Notes under the pieces: generated by a model
The model's input: only the letters and a program-made list of their open reading frames with translations
The model's database searches: none
Told to the model about the DNA's origin: nothing
From: Draconibacterium sp.
GTDB lineage: Bacteria; Bacteroidota; Bacteroidia; Bacteroidales; Prolixibacteraceae
Assembly (NCBI GenBank): GCA_035467235.1
Contig: DATITY010000612.1
Location: 1-59,820, forward strand
Direction: 5' to 3'
DNA: 59,820 nucleotides
In this document: positions 28,996 through 38,107 of the stretch, piece after piece
Numbering within the stretch: position 1 is the stretch's first letter
Layout of the letters: every line of letters starts with the position of its first letter
Program-made: the position numbers and the translations under genes

Positions 28996-29865
28996 TCAGA
29001 AAGTGTAAACCACTGCCAATCCGCTTTGTTTCCGGTTGGTCCACGGGAAAATGTCAAAGTTTTTAATGTGTTCGTTATCCCATTTATATTGATGAGTTAG
29101 ATATACGAGTTCGGTGGAAAGCATCCCGAATCCAGCGCCGGCCACAACATCAGAAATCCAGTGGGCATTTTTGGCAACCCGCATTAATCCAACTGTTGTA
29201 GCGCAGGAGTACGCGCCAATACTGTACCAGATACTTCTTTCGCCATATTCTTTGTGCATAAAATGGGCCAGTGCAAAAGCGGTGGAAGTGTGCCCCGATG
29301 GAAATGAATGTTCTCCACCGTTGGGCCTTTCCTCATTTACCCAAACCTTTAGTGAGGAAACTATAAGCTCATTGAGAAGAAGGCTTTTTACAACGATTGC
29401 CGTCCGGTTCCCAAAATTGTTTTTCCCTTTTACTCCCACAGCGTTTAAGGCATAAACAGCAACTCCGGGTGCATACTGAATGTAGTCGTCAATACTGCCC
29501 GAATACGAAAAATTTGTCTGCACCCAATCCTGAAAATTCTCTTTTGCATCGGTTGAAAAATGAAGCGCCGTTCCTGTGGCAATCAAAAGGATTGGGGCAA
29601 TAAATGGTTTGATTCCTCTGCTCTTGTCTTTGTAATGAAAGTTAATCCTGTGGATTGAATCGGCGTGAAGAGCCCCCCGCCAGCCCACTCCAGGAGCGGG
29701 GGAAAAAGAAGTTTCCCTGCAAATATTGAAATCAATGTGATGGAATGAGGAAAGTTCAGTTTGTTTAATCATTTTGAAAGTATCGTTTGTTGTAAATGAT
29801 TCTGCAATTGAATATCGCCCTGACAAAAGGACAATTAATAAAACGAGTATGATTTTAAATTTCAT
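28996..29865 (-). CDS. PAP2-family phosphatase
   Basis: K..V.EERP, SFPSGH, RVAKNAHWISDV; ATG 29865 gives a signal peptide. Confidence 0.88.
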   Translation of the reverse strand: MKFKIILVLLIVLLSGRYSIAESFTTNDTFKMIKQTELSSFHHIDFNICRETSFSPAPGVGWRGALHADSIHRINFHYKDKSRGIKPFIAPILLIATGTALHFSTDAKENFQDWVQTNFSYSGSIDDYIQYAPGVAVYALNAVGVKGKNNFGNRTAIVVKSLLLNELIVSSLKVWVNEERPNGGEHSFPSGHTSTAFALAHFMHKEYGERSIWYSIGAYSCATTVGLMRVAKNAHWISDVVAGAGFGMLSTELVYLTHQYKWDNEHIKNFDIFPWTNRKQSGLAVVYTF

Positions 29866-30059
29866 TTGGGTTAAAAATAAAATTTTACATTGAAATAGGG
29901 TAGATGGATATTTTTTATTTTTAAATTTTGATGTTTTAATGTGGCAGAGCCGCAAAATATGGGAAGAAACACAATACTGACATTATTTCGTGAAAGTTGC
30001 ATGGTTCTGTCCATTGGCTTAAATTAGCGGCCTTAATTATTTTAGTTTTTATTTACAGC

Positions 30060-30944
30060 GTGAAATCCAGTTCAGAACAAATACCGGTTTACAGCCTTCA
30101 TAACTTCAGTTCAGGCGGGCGGGTCAGTCAACAGTTCCAGGTGGAGGTGTTTGATGCCAACCGCCATTTTAGTGTGAAATACCCGCACCGGCACGATTTT
30201 TTCGAGGTGCTGTATCTCTCGAAAGGTTCGGGTTTTCATATTATTGACGGCAACAAATACGAAATTCAACCACCCTGCGTGTTTTTTATGTCACCCGGGC
30301 AGGCGCACAAAATCGAGTTCTCAAACGACATTGAAGGGTACATCTACATTTTCACACCTGAGTTTTACCTTATCAATCAAACCAATCCAAACCGGCTCAT
30401 CGAATTTCCCTTCTTTTTCACCATCAGGCAGGAAAACCGGCCGCTGATTCTGGAATCGAATCAGGATTTGGAGTTTCTCGAAACTCTTTTCAGAAAAGGA
30501 ATTGCTGAAATTGAAAAAGGGGATAAATTTTCGGTTGAATTGTTGCGGTCGGTGCTCGATTTAATTCTTACCTCATGTTCGGTTTTGTATAAACCCGACG
30601 AAAATATGATTTCAAAAGGTCGCGGGAATATTGTGGTGAAAAAGTTTCTTCAGCTTGTAGAGGAAAATTACCATAAAAACCTGCCTGTTAACGAATATGC
30701 CGGAATGCTTGCCATTACACCAAATCATTTAACCCAAACCGTTACCCTGCTGACGGGTAAAACCACTTCGCAAATCATAAAGGCAAAACAGGTGCTCGAA
30801 ATTAAAAGACTGCTTGTTCATACCAACCTTTCGGTTACTGAAATTGCAGGCCGTTTGAATTTCCCCGATCAATCCTATTTTACCAGGTTTTTTAAACGCG
30901 AATCCGGAAATACCCCTCTTCAGTACCGTTTTAAGGCTTTATAA
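30060..30944 (+). CDS. AraC-family transcriptional regulator
   Basis: Cupin PHRHDFFE; C-terminal LNFPDQSYFTRFFKRESGNTPLQYR; probable GTG start at 30060. Confidence 0.9.
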   Translation: MKSSSEQIPVYSLHNFSSGGRVSQQFQVEVFDANRHFSVKYPHRHDFFEVLYLSKGSGFHIIDGNKYEIQPPCVFFMSPGQAHKIEFSNDIEGYIYIFTPEFYLINQTNPNRLIEFPFFFTIRQENRPLILESNQDLEFLETLFRKGIAEIEKGDKFSVELLRSVLDLILTSCSVLYKPDENMISKGRGNIVVKKFLQLVEENYHKNLPVNEYAGMLAITPNHLTQTVTLLTGKTTSQIIKAKQVLEIKRLLVHTNLSVTEIAGRLNFPDQSYFTRFFKRESGNTPLQYRFKAL

Positions 30945-30952
30945 TGATTTGG

Positions 30953-31206
30953 GCAACGATTTGGTTTCCATCTGTATCACCACAGTTGGGATCAGATGGA
31001 ATCCCTAACTTTTAAAAGAATTATTTAAGGATTCCATCTTTGCTTGAACAAACTACAGTTTTAATTTAATGGGTTCGTTTTTCATTTCAACAATAAAGAT
31101 GGAAACCTTTTTTGAATGCCGTATTAAGGATTCCATCTTTGCTTAAACAAACTACAGTTTTAATTTGATGGGTTCGTTTTTCAATTCAACAATAAAGATG
31201 GAATCC
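30953..31206. repeat. REP/BIME-like array downstream of the RAYT gene: 3 hairpin units (6 copies of GGATTCCATCT/AGATGGAATCC)
   Basis: Units at 30963-31004, 31029-31107 and 31128-31206; two copies carry one mismatch. Confidence 0.92.
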
Positions 31207-31223
31207 TATTACAAAACACCTGC

Positions 31224-31835
31224 TTACTCCAGCAAAGAATCATCTTTTTCATCATGCCAAACATTGTGATAATTGACAAAGGATTCTAAACCTGCAAAAA
31301 TATCTAATCCAAGTTGTCGTGCTATCTGAGTTTCCTTATTACTCAAATAAGCCGAATACGAACTGAATTTAAAATCTTTGTAATTCGAAGTATAGCCATG
31401 TTTCTCTGGATTAAAATGAACATAAAAAATACAATATTGAAGATATTCATGCTCCGTAATTTCAATCCGCTTGAAATTTTTATCTAAAAGGCTACTTGTT
31501 CTTTTTTCTTGTTTGTTGATTGCCATAGAGTAAGCTATAAACATACGCCTAAATTGTTCGCTGACAAAGTTGCCGACTTCCAATTCTTCAGTAATATCTT
31601 CAGTTGAAGGAATTCCTTTTATTATATCATTAACCTTAATTACCAAATGAAAATGACCAGGTAGAAGGACAAATGCAATTATGGAAATATGTGATACCAA
31701 ATATTTATTTAGGAGTTTTAAGAAATAGTGATAATTATCCTCTGTGAAAAATATTTGTTGGCCATTTATCCCTCGATTAAAAATGTGGTAATAATTGCCA
31801 CCTAGAATTGGTGTAGTTGTCTTTATTGAAGGCAT
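31224..31835 (-). CDS. REP-associated tyrosine transposase (RAYT/TnpA-REP; IS200-like HUH Y1 nuclease)
   Basis: YYHIFNRG, HUH motif LPGHFHL, catalytic Tyr region YVHFNPEKHG, FSSY; flanked on both sides by palindromic repeats. Confidence 0.88.
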   Translation of the reverse strand: MPSIKTTTPILGGNYYHIFNRGINGQQIFFTEDNYHYFLKLLNKYLVSHISIIAFVLLPGHFHLVIKVNDIIKGIPSTEDITEELEVGNFVSEQFRRMFIAYSMAINKQEKRTSSLLDKNFKRIEITEHEYLQYCIFYVHFNPEKHGYTSNYKDFKFSSYSAYLSNKETQIARQLGLDIFAGLESFVNYHNVWHDEKDDSLLE

Positions 31836-31869
31836 TTTTGATTTAAAATTAGCAAATTTTTTTTGATTC

Positions 31870-32171
31870 GGATTCCATCTATATTTTCTCAGTTGGGTTC
31901 AGATGGAATCCCTAACTTTTAATAGAATTATTTAAGGATTCCATCTTTGCTTGAACAAACTACAGTTTTAATTTAATGGATTCGTTTTTCATTGCAACAA
32001 TAAAGATGGAATCCAATTTTGCAACGATTTGGATTCCATCTGTATCACCACAGTTGTGATCAGATGGAATCCTTGTTTGAATGCCGTATTAAGGATTCCA
32101 TCTTTGCTTAAACAAACTACAGTTTTAATTTAATGGGTTCGTTTTTCAATTCAACAATAAAGATGGAATCC
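31870..32171. repeat. REP/BIME-like array upstream of the RAYT gene: 4 hairpin units (8 repeat copies)
   Basis: Units at 31870-31911, 31936-32014, 32031-32072 and 32093-32171. Confidence 0.92.
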
Positions 32172-32429
32172 AATTTTTTTTTCAATCATGCAAAAATGCA
32201 GTTGAGATGAATATATAATTCCCTGATTATTAAAAAGATTAAGAAAATTGAAATGTGTTGTTGTTTTCTATTTTCCATGAAAAATACCTAAATTATATGG
32301 TTTTTTACAGCGGTTTGTAATTTTTATTTTATTGCTTTGCAATCTTAAAATACAATTAGATTGTTAGATATTAGTATTGAGACAAAATCACAAATAAAAA
32401 ATAAAGTAATCTTTTTAAAATTATAGAAA

Positions 32430-33905
32430 ATGGCAAATTATTTCAATTCACTTCCGTTGCGCCTTCAATTGGAGCAATTAGGGAAATGCGATTTCATGGA
32501 TGAATCGGAATTCGCAGACGGTGTTAAAAAACTGGTCGGCAAAAAAATAGTAGTGTTGGGGTGCGGCGCACAGGGCCTTGCACAGGGTTTAAACATGCGC
32601 GACAGCGGGCTCGATATTTCTTACGCGCTTCGTAAGGTTGAAATCGACGAAAAACACATTTCATATGTAAACGCTACTGAAAATAAATTCGAGGTAGGCA
32701 CTTTCGAGGAAATGGTGCCAAAAGCCGATTTGGTTTTGAACCTTACACCCGACAAATACCACACTCCTGTTGTAAAAGCTGCCATGCCGCTGATGAAACA
32801 AGGTGCCTGCCTGTCGTACTCGCACGGTTTTAACATTGTTGAAGAAGGAATCGACATCCGCAAAGACATTACCGTAATTATGGTGGCGCCGAAATCTCCG
32901 GCATCCGAAGTGCGGGCCGAGTTTTTACGTGGATTTGGCGTGCCTACTTTAATCGCTGTTCACCGCGAAAACGACCCGAACGGCGATGGACTTGAAATTG
33001 CAAAAGCTTACTGTGTGGGCACAGGCGGACACAAGGCTGGTGTTTTGCACTCATCGTTTGTGGCCGAAGTGAAATCGGATTTAATGGGCGAGCAAACCAT
33101 TTTGTGCGGTGTGTTACAGTCCGGTTCAATCCTTTGTTTCAACAAAATGATTGAAAAAGGTATCAATCCGGGTTATGCATCAAAACTGGTGCAGTATGGC
33201 TGGGAAGTAACTACCGAAGCACTGAAACTGGGTGGAATCACCCACATGATGGACCGTCTTTCGAACCCTGCAAAAATTGAAGCCTACAAACTGGCAGAAG
33301 AACTGAAAACCATCATGCGTCCGTTATTTGAGCATCACATGGACAACATCATGTCGGGCGAATTCTCGTCAACCATGATGAAAGACTGGGCTGCCGGCGA
33401 CAAGGATTTGCTGAGATGGCGCGCTGCCACTGCCGAAACCGGTTTTGAGAAAACTCCCGCCGGCGACATGGAAATCAGGGAACAGGAATATTTCGACAAT
33501 GGTACTTTAATGGTTGCCTTTGTAAAAGCAGGTGTTGAACTGGCATTTGATGTGATGACTGAAACAGGCATCAAGGCAGAGTCGGCTTATTACGAGTCGC
33601 TGCACGAAACACCGCTGATTGCCAATACCATTGCCCGTAAAAAACTCTACGAAATGAACCGCGTTATTTCCGACACAGCCGAATATGGCTGTTACCTGTT
33701 CGACCACGCCTGTCAGCCGCTGCTGGCCGATTTTATGAGCCGCATCGACACCAACGTGATTGGTAAAAACTTTAACGAAGGAAAAGACGGCCACGTTGAC
33801 AACCGCGAATTGATTGAAATCAACGACGAAATCCGTTACAGCGAAGTTGAAATCATTGGCGCCGAACTGCGCGAAGCCATGGAATCGATGAAAGCGATTA
33901 TCTAA
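32430..33905 (+). CDS. ilvC: Ketol-acid reductoisomerase (long, class II form)
   Basis: [53 protein letters not shown]; 491 aa. Confidence 0.97.
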   Translation: MANYFNSLPLRLQLEQLGKCDFMDESEFADGVKKLVGKKIVVLGCGAQGLAQGLNMRDSGLDISYALRKVEIDEKHISYVNATENKFEVGTFEEMVPKADLVLNLTPDKYHTPVVKAAMPLMKQGACLSYSHGFNIVEEGIDIRKDITVIMVAPKSPASEVRAEFLRGFGVPTLIAVHRENDPNGDGLEIAKAYCVGTGGHKAGVLHSSFVAEVKSDLMGEQTILCGVLQSGSILCFNKMIEKGINPGYASKLVQYGWEVTTEALKLGGITHMMDRLSNPAKIEAYKLAEELKTIMRPLFEHHMDNIMSGEFSSTMMKDWAAGDKDLLRWRAATAETGFEKTPAGDMEIREQEYFDNGTLMVAFVKAGVELAFDVMTETGIKAESAYYESLHETPLIANTIARKKLYEMNRVISDTAEYGCYLFDHACQPLLADFMSRIDTNVIGKNFNEGKDGHVDNRELIEINDEIRYSEVEIIGAELREAMESMKAII

Positions 33906-33923
33906 CCAATATTGATATATTTT

Positions 33924-33959
33924 AAAAAATGGCTCTGTCGGTTGGCAGGGCCATTTTTT
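33924..33959. terminator. Bidirectional intrinsic terminator after ilvC
   Basis: aaaaaatggctctgtc-ggtt-ggcagggccatttttt. Confidence 0.8.
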
Positions 33960-34533
33960 GTAGATTATTTTTCAACATCCACTTTTCGCATTTCCCCGGC
34001 AACCAGATTGCGTATTTCGATGGTAGAAAGTTCCACTTTACAGGCAACCAAATCGGTGCAGTTACAACTGGCCTGCAGCAGGTCGTATATTTCGGGGTAC
34101 TACTGTGGCAGCAGGAACGGGGCGTGTGTAGTGGTGTTAGGAATTTTAATATGAAGAGAATGAAGTTGGTTGATAAAAGGAATTTTTTTCCAGTTTTCTT
34201 TTACTTTCAAGAGACAAAATAAACTTCCTGGATTGGATTACTTAGATCAAACATGAACATTTCCGGAAACAATTGGTAGTCATAAATAAAGAGAAAAACG
34301 GAAAGTTATAATATTGTCAAACTTACATTGAAATGACAGGGTCTCTCTATTGGCGCTAATCTGTACATCGTGCCAAAATTCAGTAAAGGATATCCTCGTT
34401 TTTTCATGTTAATGTTAGCCGTACCGTTTACAGAAAATTTATATTTTTAAATGCAAATTTTTACAGGAAAATTAAAGGTAAAATGCAATTTAAAAACTGA
34501 TTTATGGATTATACAATTCAATTCTGATAACTT

Positions 34534-35595
34534 ATGAAACTTGAAGACCTTGGATATAACAGCAAACTTGAAACTTTCAGGATAGAAAATAACCTCAGCG
34601 GCTTTGAGATTGGAAGAGTTGTTGAAGAACATAAGGAACGATATAAAGTGAGGACCACTGCTGGTGAATTTGATGCTGAGATACTTGGTAATATGCGTTT
34701 TACGGCTAAAAGTCGTGAAGATTTTCCCGCAGTTGGAGATTGGGTTGCACTGACAGCCTATGACGCAGATTCTGCGATAATTCATAAAATACTGCCAAGA
34801 TTCTCAACCATTAAAAGGCAGGCAGTTGGACAGTTTGGTGAAGTTCAGATAATAGCAGCTAACATTGACTATGCTTTTTTAGTCCAGGCCGTTGACAGGG
34901 ATTTTAATATCAACAGACTTGAGAGATATCTAACCATTTGTAACTCATCAAAAGTGAATCCCATAATCATTCTCAGCAAGACGGATTTAATTAATGAGCA
35001 ACAACTTTCCGGGATTTTGGAAAATATAAAAACCCGGATAAAGGATGTTCCGGTTATTGCGATTAGTAACGAAACCCAAAATGGATATGAAGCAATAAAA
35101 GCGACCATTGTAAAAGGGAAAACCTATTGTATGCTTGGTTCATCGGGTGTTGGAAAATCCACACTGCTGAATAATCTTTCAGGTAAGAATATAATGCGTA
35201 CCGACACAATTAGCCAAAGTACAAACAAAGGAAGACACGTTACAAGTCACCGGGAATTAATTGTGCTGGAAAATGGTGGAATATTAATTGATAATCCCGG
35301 GATGCGGGAAGTAGGAATTGCCGATTCAGCCAGCGGTCTTGAAATTACTTTCGACAAAATTATTGACCTTTCCAGAAATTGTAAATTCAAAGATTGCACC
35401 CACACAAACGAATCAGGTTGTTTGGTTATTGAAGCTGTTAAAAACGGAGAAATTGATGAAGCATCGTATGAAAATTACCTGAAAATGGAAAGAGAGAAAG
35501 CATATTTTGAATCAACAGCCGAAGAGAGACGAAAAAGGGACAGGAAATTTGGAAAAATCATGAAGAACTATAAAAAAGACATGAACAAAAATTAG
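34534..35595 (+). CDS. rsgA: Ribosome small subunit-dependent GTPase A
   Basis: PAVGDWV, SKTDL, GSSGVGKSTL, GRHVT, IDNPG, CKFKDCTH..ESGC zinc site. Confidence 0.95.
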   Translation: MKLEDLGYNSKLETFRIENNLSGFEIGRVVEEHKERYKVRTTAGEFDAEILGNMRFTAKSREDFPAVGDWVALTAYDADSAIIHKILPRFSTIKRQAVGQFGEVQIIAANIDYAFLVQAVDRDFNINRLERYLTICNSSKVNPIIILSKTDLINEQQLSGILENIKTRIKDVPVIAISNETQNGYEAIKATIVKGKTYCMLGSSGVGKSTLLNNLSGKNIMRTDTISQSTNKGRHVTSHRELIVLENGGILIDNPGMREVGIADSASGLEITFDKIIDLSRNCKFKDCTHTNESGCLVIEAVKNGEIDEASYENYLKMEREKAYFESTAEERRKRDRKFGKIMKNYKKDMNKN

Positions 35596-35719
35596 AACTT
35601 ATTGACATCAGAAAATTTTATACCGGACCAACACAACTTCATTATCTATGTTCCGGGAATTAAAACACAAAATGGAAATAAGTTCATAAATAATACAAAA
35701 GGAACTGCCAGATACCGCT

Positions 35720-36352
35720 TTAAATAAAGCTTCTTTCCAAAACCGAATAACTGTTTGGCCCTTCGTTAAACAGCAAATCCAAAATGCTCAGGTTGGGTAC
35801 AAATCCAAGTTTATCAGAAAAAACCTGCGTGTATTCTACGGGCTGAAAATGAATAACATTTTGCATTTTGATTTTTGGAGAGATGCTTTCCCTGAAATTT
35901 AAAGTTTCTTCAGGTACATTCTCAAAATCATGGGTTAAAATGGCCGTATTTTCAATTTCCATAAGTTCGCAAATGGTTTCGTGAATTTTCAGGTTGAATT
36001 CGAGCAGAAATTGGTGTTTTGATTCGAAAAAAGGATGGATATCGTCTTTGTAATATTCAAAAAAAGGGGAGGAGCTAAATGCTGAAAAAATGGTACGCCA
36101 GTGGTTTCGCTGCCAGTTGGTGTCGTACGAAATTTTGAGGTCTTTGATAAGGATTTTTGGTCCGCGCCCTTTTACAACGGGTACTATCAGTTGAATAGGC
36201 CCGTTTCCGCCCATAATTACACAACGGTTGCGATAGGTTTGTTTAATGAAATTCTCGAATTGCTCGATATAAACTTTTTCTGCATTCAGCAATTTAGAAT
36301 AATATTGAATTGGGGCAAAATACGCTGTGCTAAGCAAAATAGTTCTGCTCAT
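35720..36352 (-). CDS. WbqC-family protein
   Basis: KQTYRNR, SPFFEYY, YTQVF..GFVPNLSILDLLFNEGP. Confidence 0.9.
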   Translation of the reverse strand: MSRTILLSTAYFAPIQYYSKLLNAEKVYIEQFENFIKQTYRNRCVIMGGNGPIQLIVPVVKGRGPKILIKDLKISYDTNWQRNHWRTIFSAFSSSPFFEYYKDDIHPFFESKHQFLLEFNLKIHETICELMEIENTAILTHDFENVPEETLNFRESISPKIKMQNVIHFQPVEYTQVFSDKLGFVPNLSILDLLFNEGPNSYSVLERSFI

Positions 36353-37971
36353 TTCACAATAATTTTCTCTGAAACTGAATTTCCTTTTTCATCGATCATT
36401 TTCACAATGTACATTCCTGGCAAAAATGCAGAAACATCAATTCTAATCAGACTGGTATTTACCGAGGGATTAACGAATATGGTTTTTCCTGTAAGGTCAA
36501 AAATCCGGATTGAAGAAATGGTTTCCCTTGAAAGAATGTTCAGTTTATCAGTCGCCGGATTTGGATAAATTCTGATTCCCAAATTTTCTGCCATTTGATG
36601 AGTGTTTACCGTTGAGCATTTCCCAATCATATTGTTATCGAGCCAATTTAGTCGAAGTGTAATCCAGCTTTTTAGTTTTTCAATTTCTCCCAAATAAGTA
36701 GAGGGTTGTGAGTCAACTTCAGGGGCCCCAACATTTTTACCTAATATCTGCCATTTTTGAAAATGATTCACCTGTGCATTTTTTACCACATTGTACACGG
36801 AGTCGATCATGTCAAAAACCACATCGTTGCTGAATTGATTGGCACGGGCTTCGAAATAGCTGCAATTCACTTTATTTTTAAAATTGTCATCCTGAAATAA
36901 TCTCACCATCCAATCGGATGATTTTACATCGGGATTGCAATCATTCACTTTGTATGCCCAGCCTGAACCGTCGGTTGCTTTAAAAATAAAGCATTCATCA
37001 ATATTTTTCCATGCCCAGTCGAAATCCCAAACCGGACCGGCAACAATTTTTCCGTTTTTATCTTTATGAAAATACTGGCTTTTTTTGAAGCCGTCGTTGT
37101 TTCTTGCAATTTCGCTGACCAGAAAATAGTCGATAAAACTCTTTACATCAATAAAGTTGGCGTAACCTAGATTTTCATCTCTGAAATTGGCACTGTACAA
37201 TGCCTTTTCAAACGAAGTAACATAATTGGTGATATAACTTTTTTGCTGACTGGTGATTTCGTCCCAATCGGGATCATGATAAACAAAATGTATTTTGTAG
37301 TTGGGGTAATTGACTGGAGAATAGGGCGATTGCCAGCTATTGCTGTTGTCCCAGTAATCGATTTTGAAAATATAACCACCGGTAAGTTCTTCTCCCGAAA
37401 TATCTTCTTTTTTCAGTTTGGCAATGTCAACCCGGTTTGAATCCTGTTTTATTTTTTCTGTCAGCACATAAATTCCCTGATATTCGTTGTTCAGAATCAC
37501 ATCAACCAATTTTGTGCGCGGAGCGTAATTTCCAAGTTTTTCAAAGATTTGATAACCGAGAATATTACGCATCAGCGATTTATCGTTGTAGTTGGAAAGT
37601 AAAATCCAGTCTTTTTCTTCAGGAAGACCAAGAATTGAAACATCCAGATTTTGGCCGGCAGCATCGCGGGTTTCAAATAACCATGGCTTTTGAGGATACC
37701 AAATCGAACTGCTTCCTCGGAGTTCAATTCCAACGTTACCGTTAAAATCGTTGGCTGTATCGGTAAACCGGTTAACTCCACTGCTGTTGTTTACAATTTT
37801 CATTTTAGCCGAAACTTTCGGTTCGTCAACAATTGTTTTTCCTTCTGTATCAATAATAATCAATGGTAAATCGGTATAAAAACTGCTGATTCCCTGTGCG
37901 TTTCCAATAAAGTGGAACAACAAAAGGAAAAAGATTGTGATAAAAACAGGAAGGTATTTGACGATTCTCAT
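36349..37971 (-). CDS. CotH-family kinase with T9SS type-A C-terminal sorting domain
   Basis: IELRGSSS..PQK, DKSLMRN, YQGIY..TEKI, GPVWDFD; CTD IYPNP...GMYIVK...KIIVK. Confidence 0.9.
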   Translation of the reverse strand: MRIVKYLPVFITIFFLLLFHFIGNAQGISSFYTDLPLIIIDTEGKTIVDEPKVSAKMKIVNNSSGVNRFTDTANDFNGNVGIELRGSSSIWYPQKPWLFETRDAAGQNLDVSILGLPEEKDWILLSNYNDKSLMRNILGYQIFEKLGNYAPRTKLVDVILNNEYQGIYVLTEKIKQDSNRVDIAKLKKEDISGEELTGGYIFKIDYWDNSNSWQSPYSPVNYPNYKIHFVYHDPDWDEITSQQKSYITNYVTSFEKALYSANFRDENLGYANFIDVKSFIDYFLVSEIARNNDGFKKSQYFHKDKNGKIVAGPVWDFDWAWKNIDECFIFKATDGSGWAYKVNDCNPDVKSSDWMVRLFQDDNFKNKVNCSYFEARANQFSNDVVFDMIDSVYNVVKNAQVNHFQKWQILGKNVGAPEVDSQPSTYLGEIEKLKSWITLRLNWLDNNMIGKCSTVNTHQMAENLGIRIYPNPATDKLNILSRETISSIRIFDLTGKTIFVNPSVNTSLIRIDVSAFLPGMYIVKMIDEKGNSVSEKIIVK

Positions 37972-37995
37972 TGAATCTATTTTAAATGTGAATAT

Positions 37996-38030
37996 AAAAA
38001 AAGGATGACAGCCACCGTCATCCTTTTTTT
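37996..38030. terminator. Intrinsic terminator hairpin between lepB and the cotH-like gene
   Basis: aaaaaaaggatgac-agccacc-gtcatccttttttt. Confidence 0.8.
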
Positions 38031-38071
38031 AATATTTTTCTGCAAGTAATATTCATTATCCTGATTTAAAT

Positions 38072-38107
38072 TCTGAACTCTGAACTCTGAACTTTGAACT
38101 CTGAACT
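38072..38107 (-). repeat. Heptamer tandem repeat (agttcag/agttcaa x5 on the minus strand)
   Basis: tctgaac tctgaac tctgaac tttgaac tctgaac, abutting the TAG stop of lepB. Confidence 0.8.

Noticed and set aside
31224-31835. IS200/IS605 element with tnpB
   Set aside because: No tnpB or iscB ORF is adjacent; multiple flanking repeats fit RAYT better than a single LE/RE hairpin pair.
30953-32171. CRISPR array interpretation of the repeat-spacer pattern
   Set aside because: Repeats are only 11 bp and alternate in orientation, spacers are re-used and 16-57 nt long, and there are no cas genes; the adjacent gene is a Y1 HUH nuclease.
32172-32429. Leader-peptide attenuator upstream of ilvC
   Set aside because: No Ile/Leu/Val-rich short ORF with a terminator was found; the region is simply AT-rich.
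34350-35720. Integron-cassette (attC-like) half sites around rsgA (gcgctaat..gttagccg; aactgccagatac)
   Set aside because: Matches are short and degenerate, there is no convincing stem, and no integrase is in the window.
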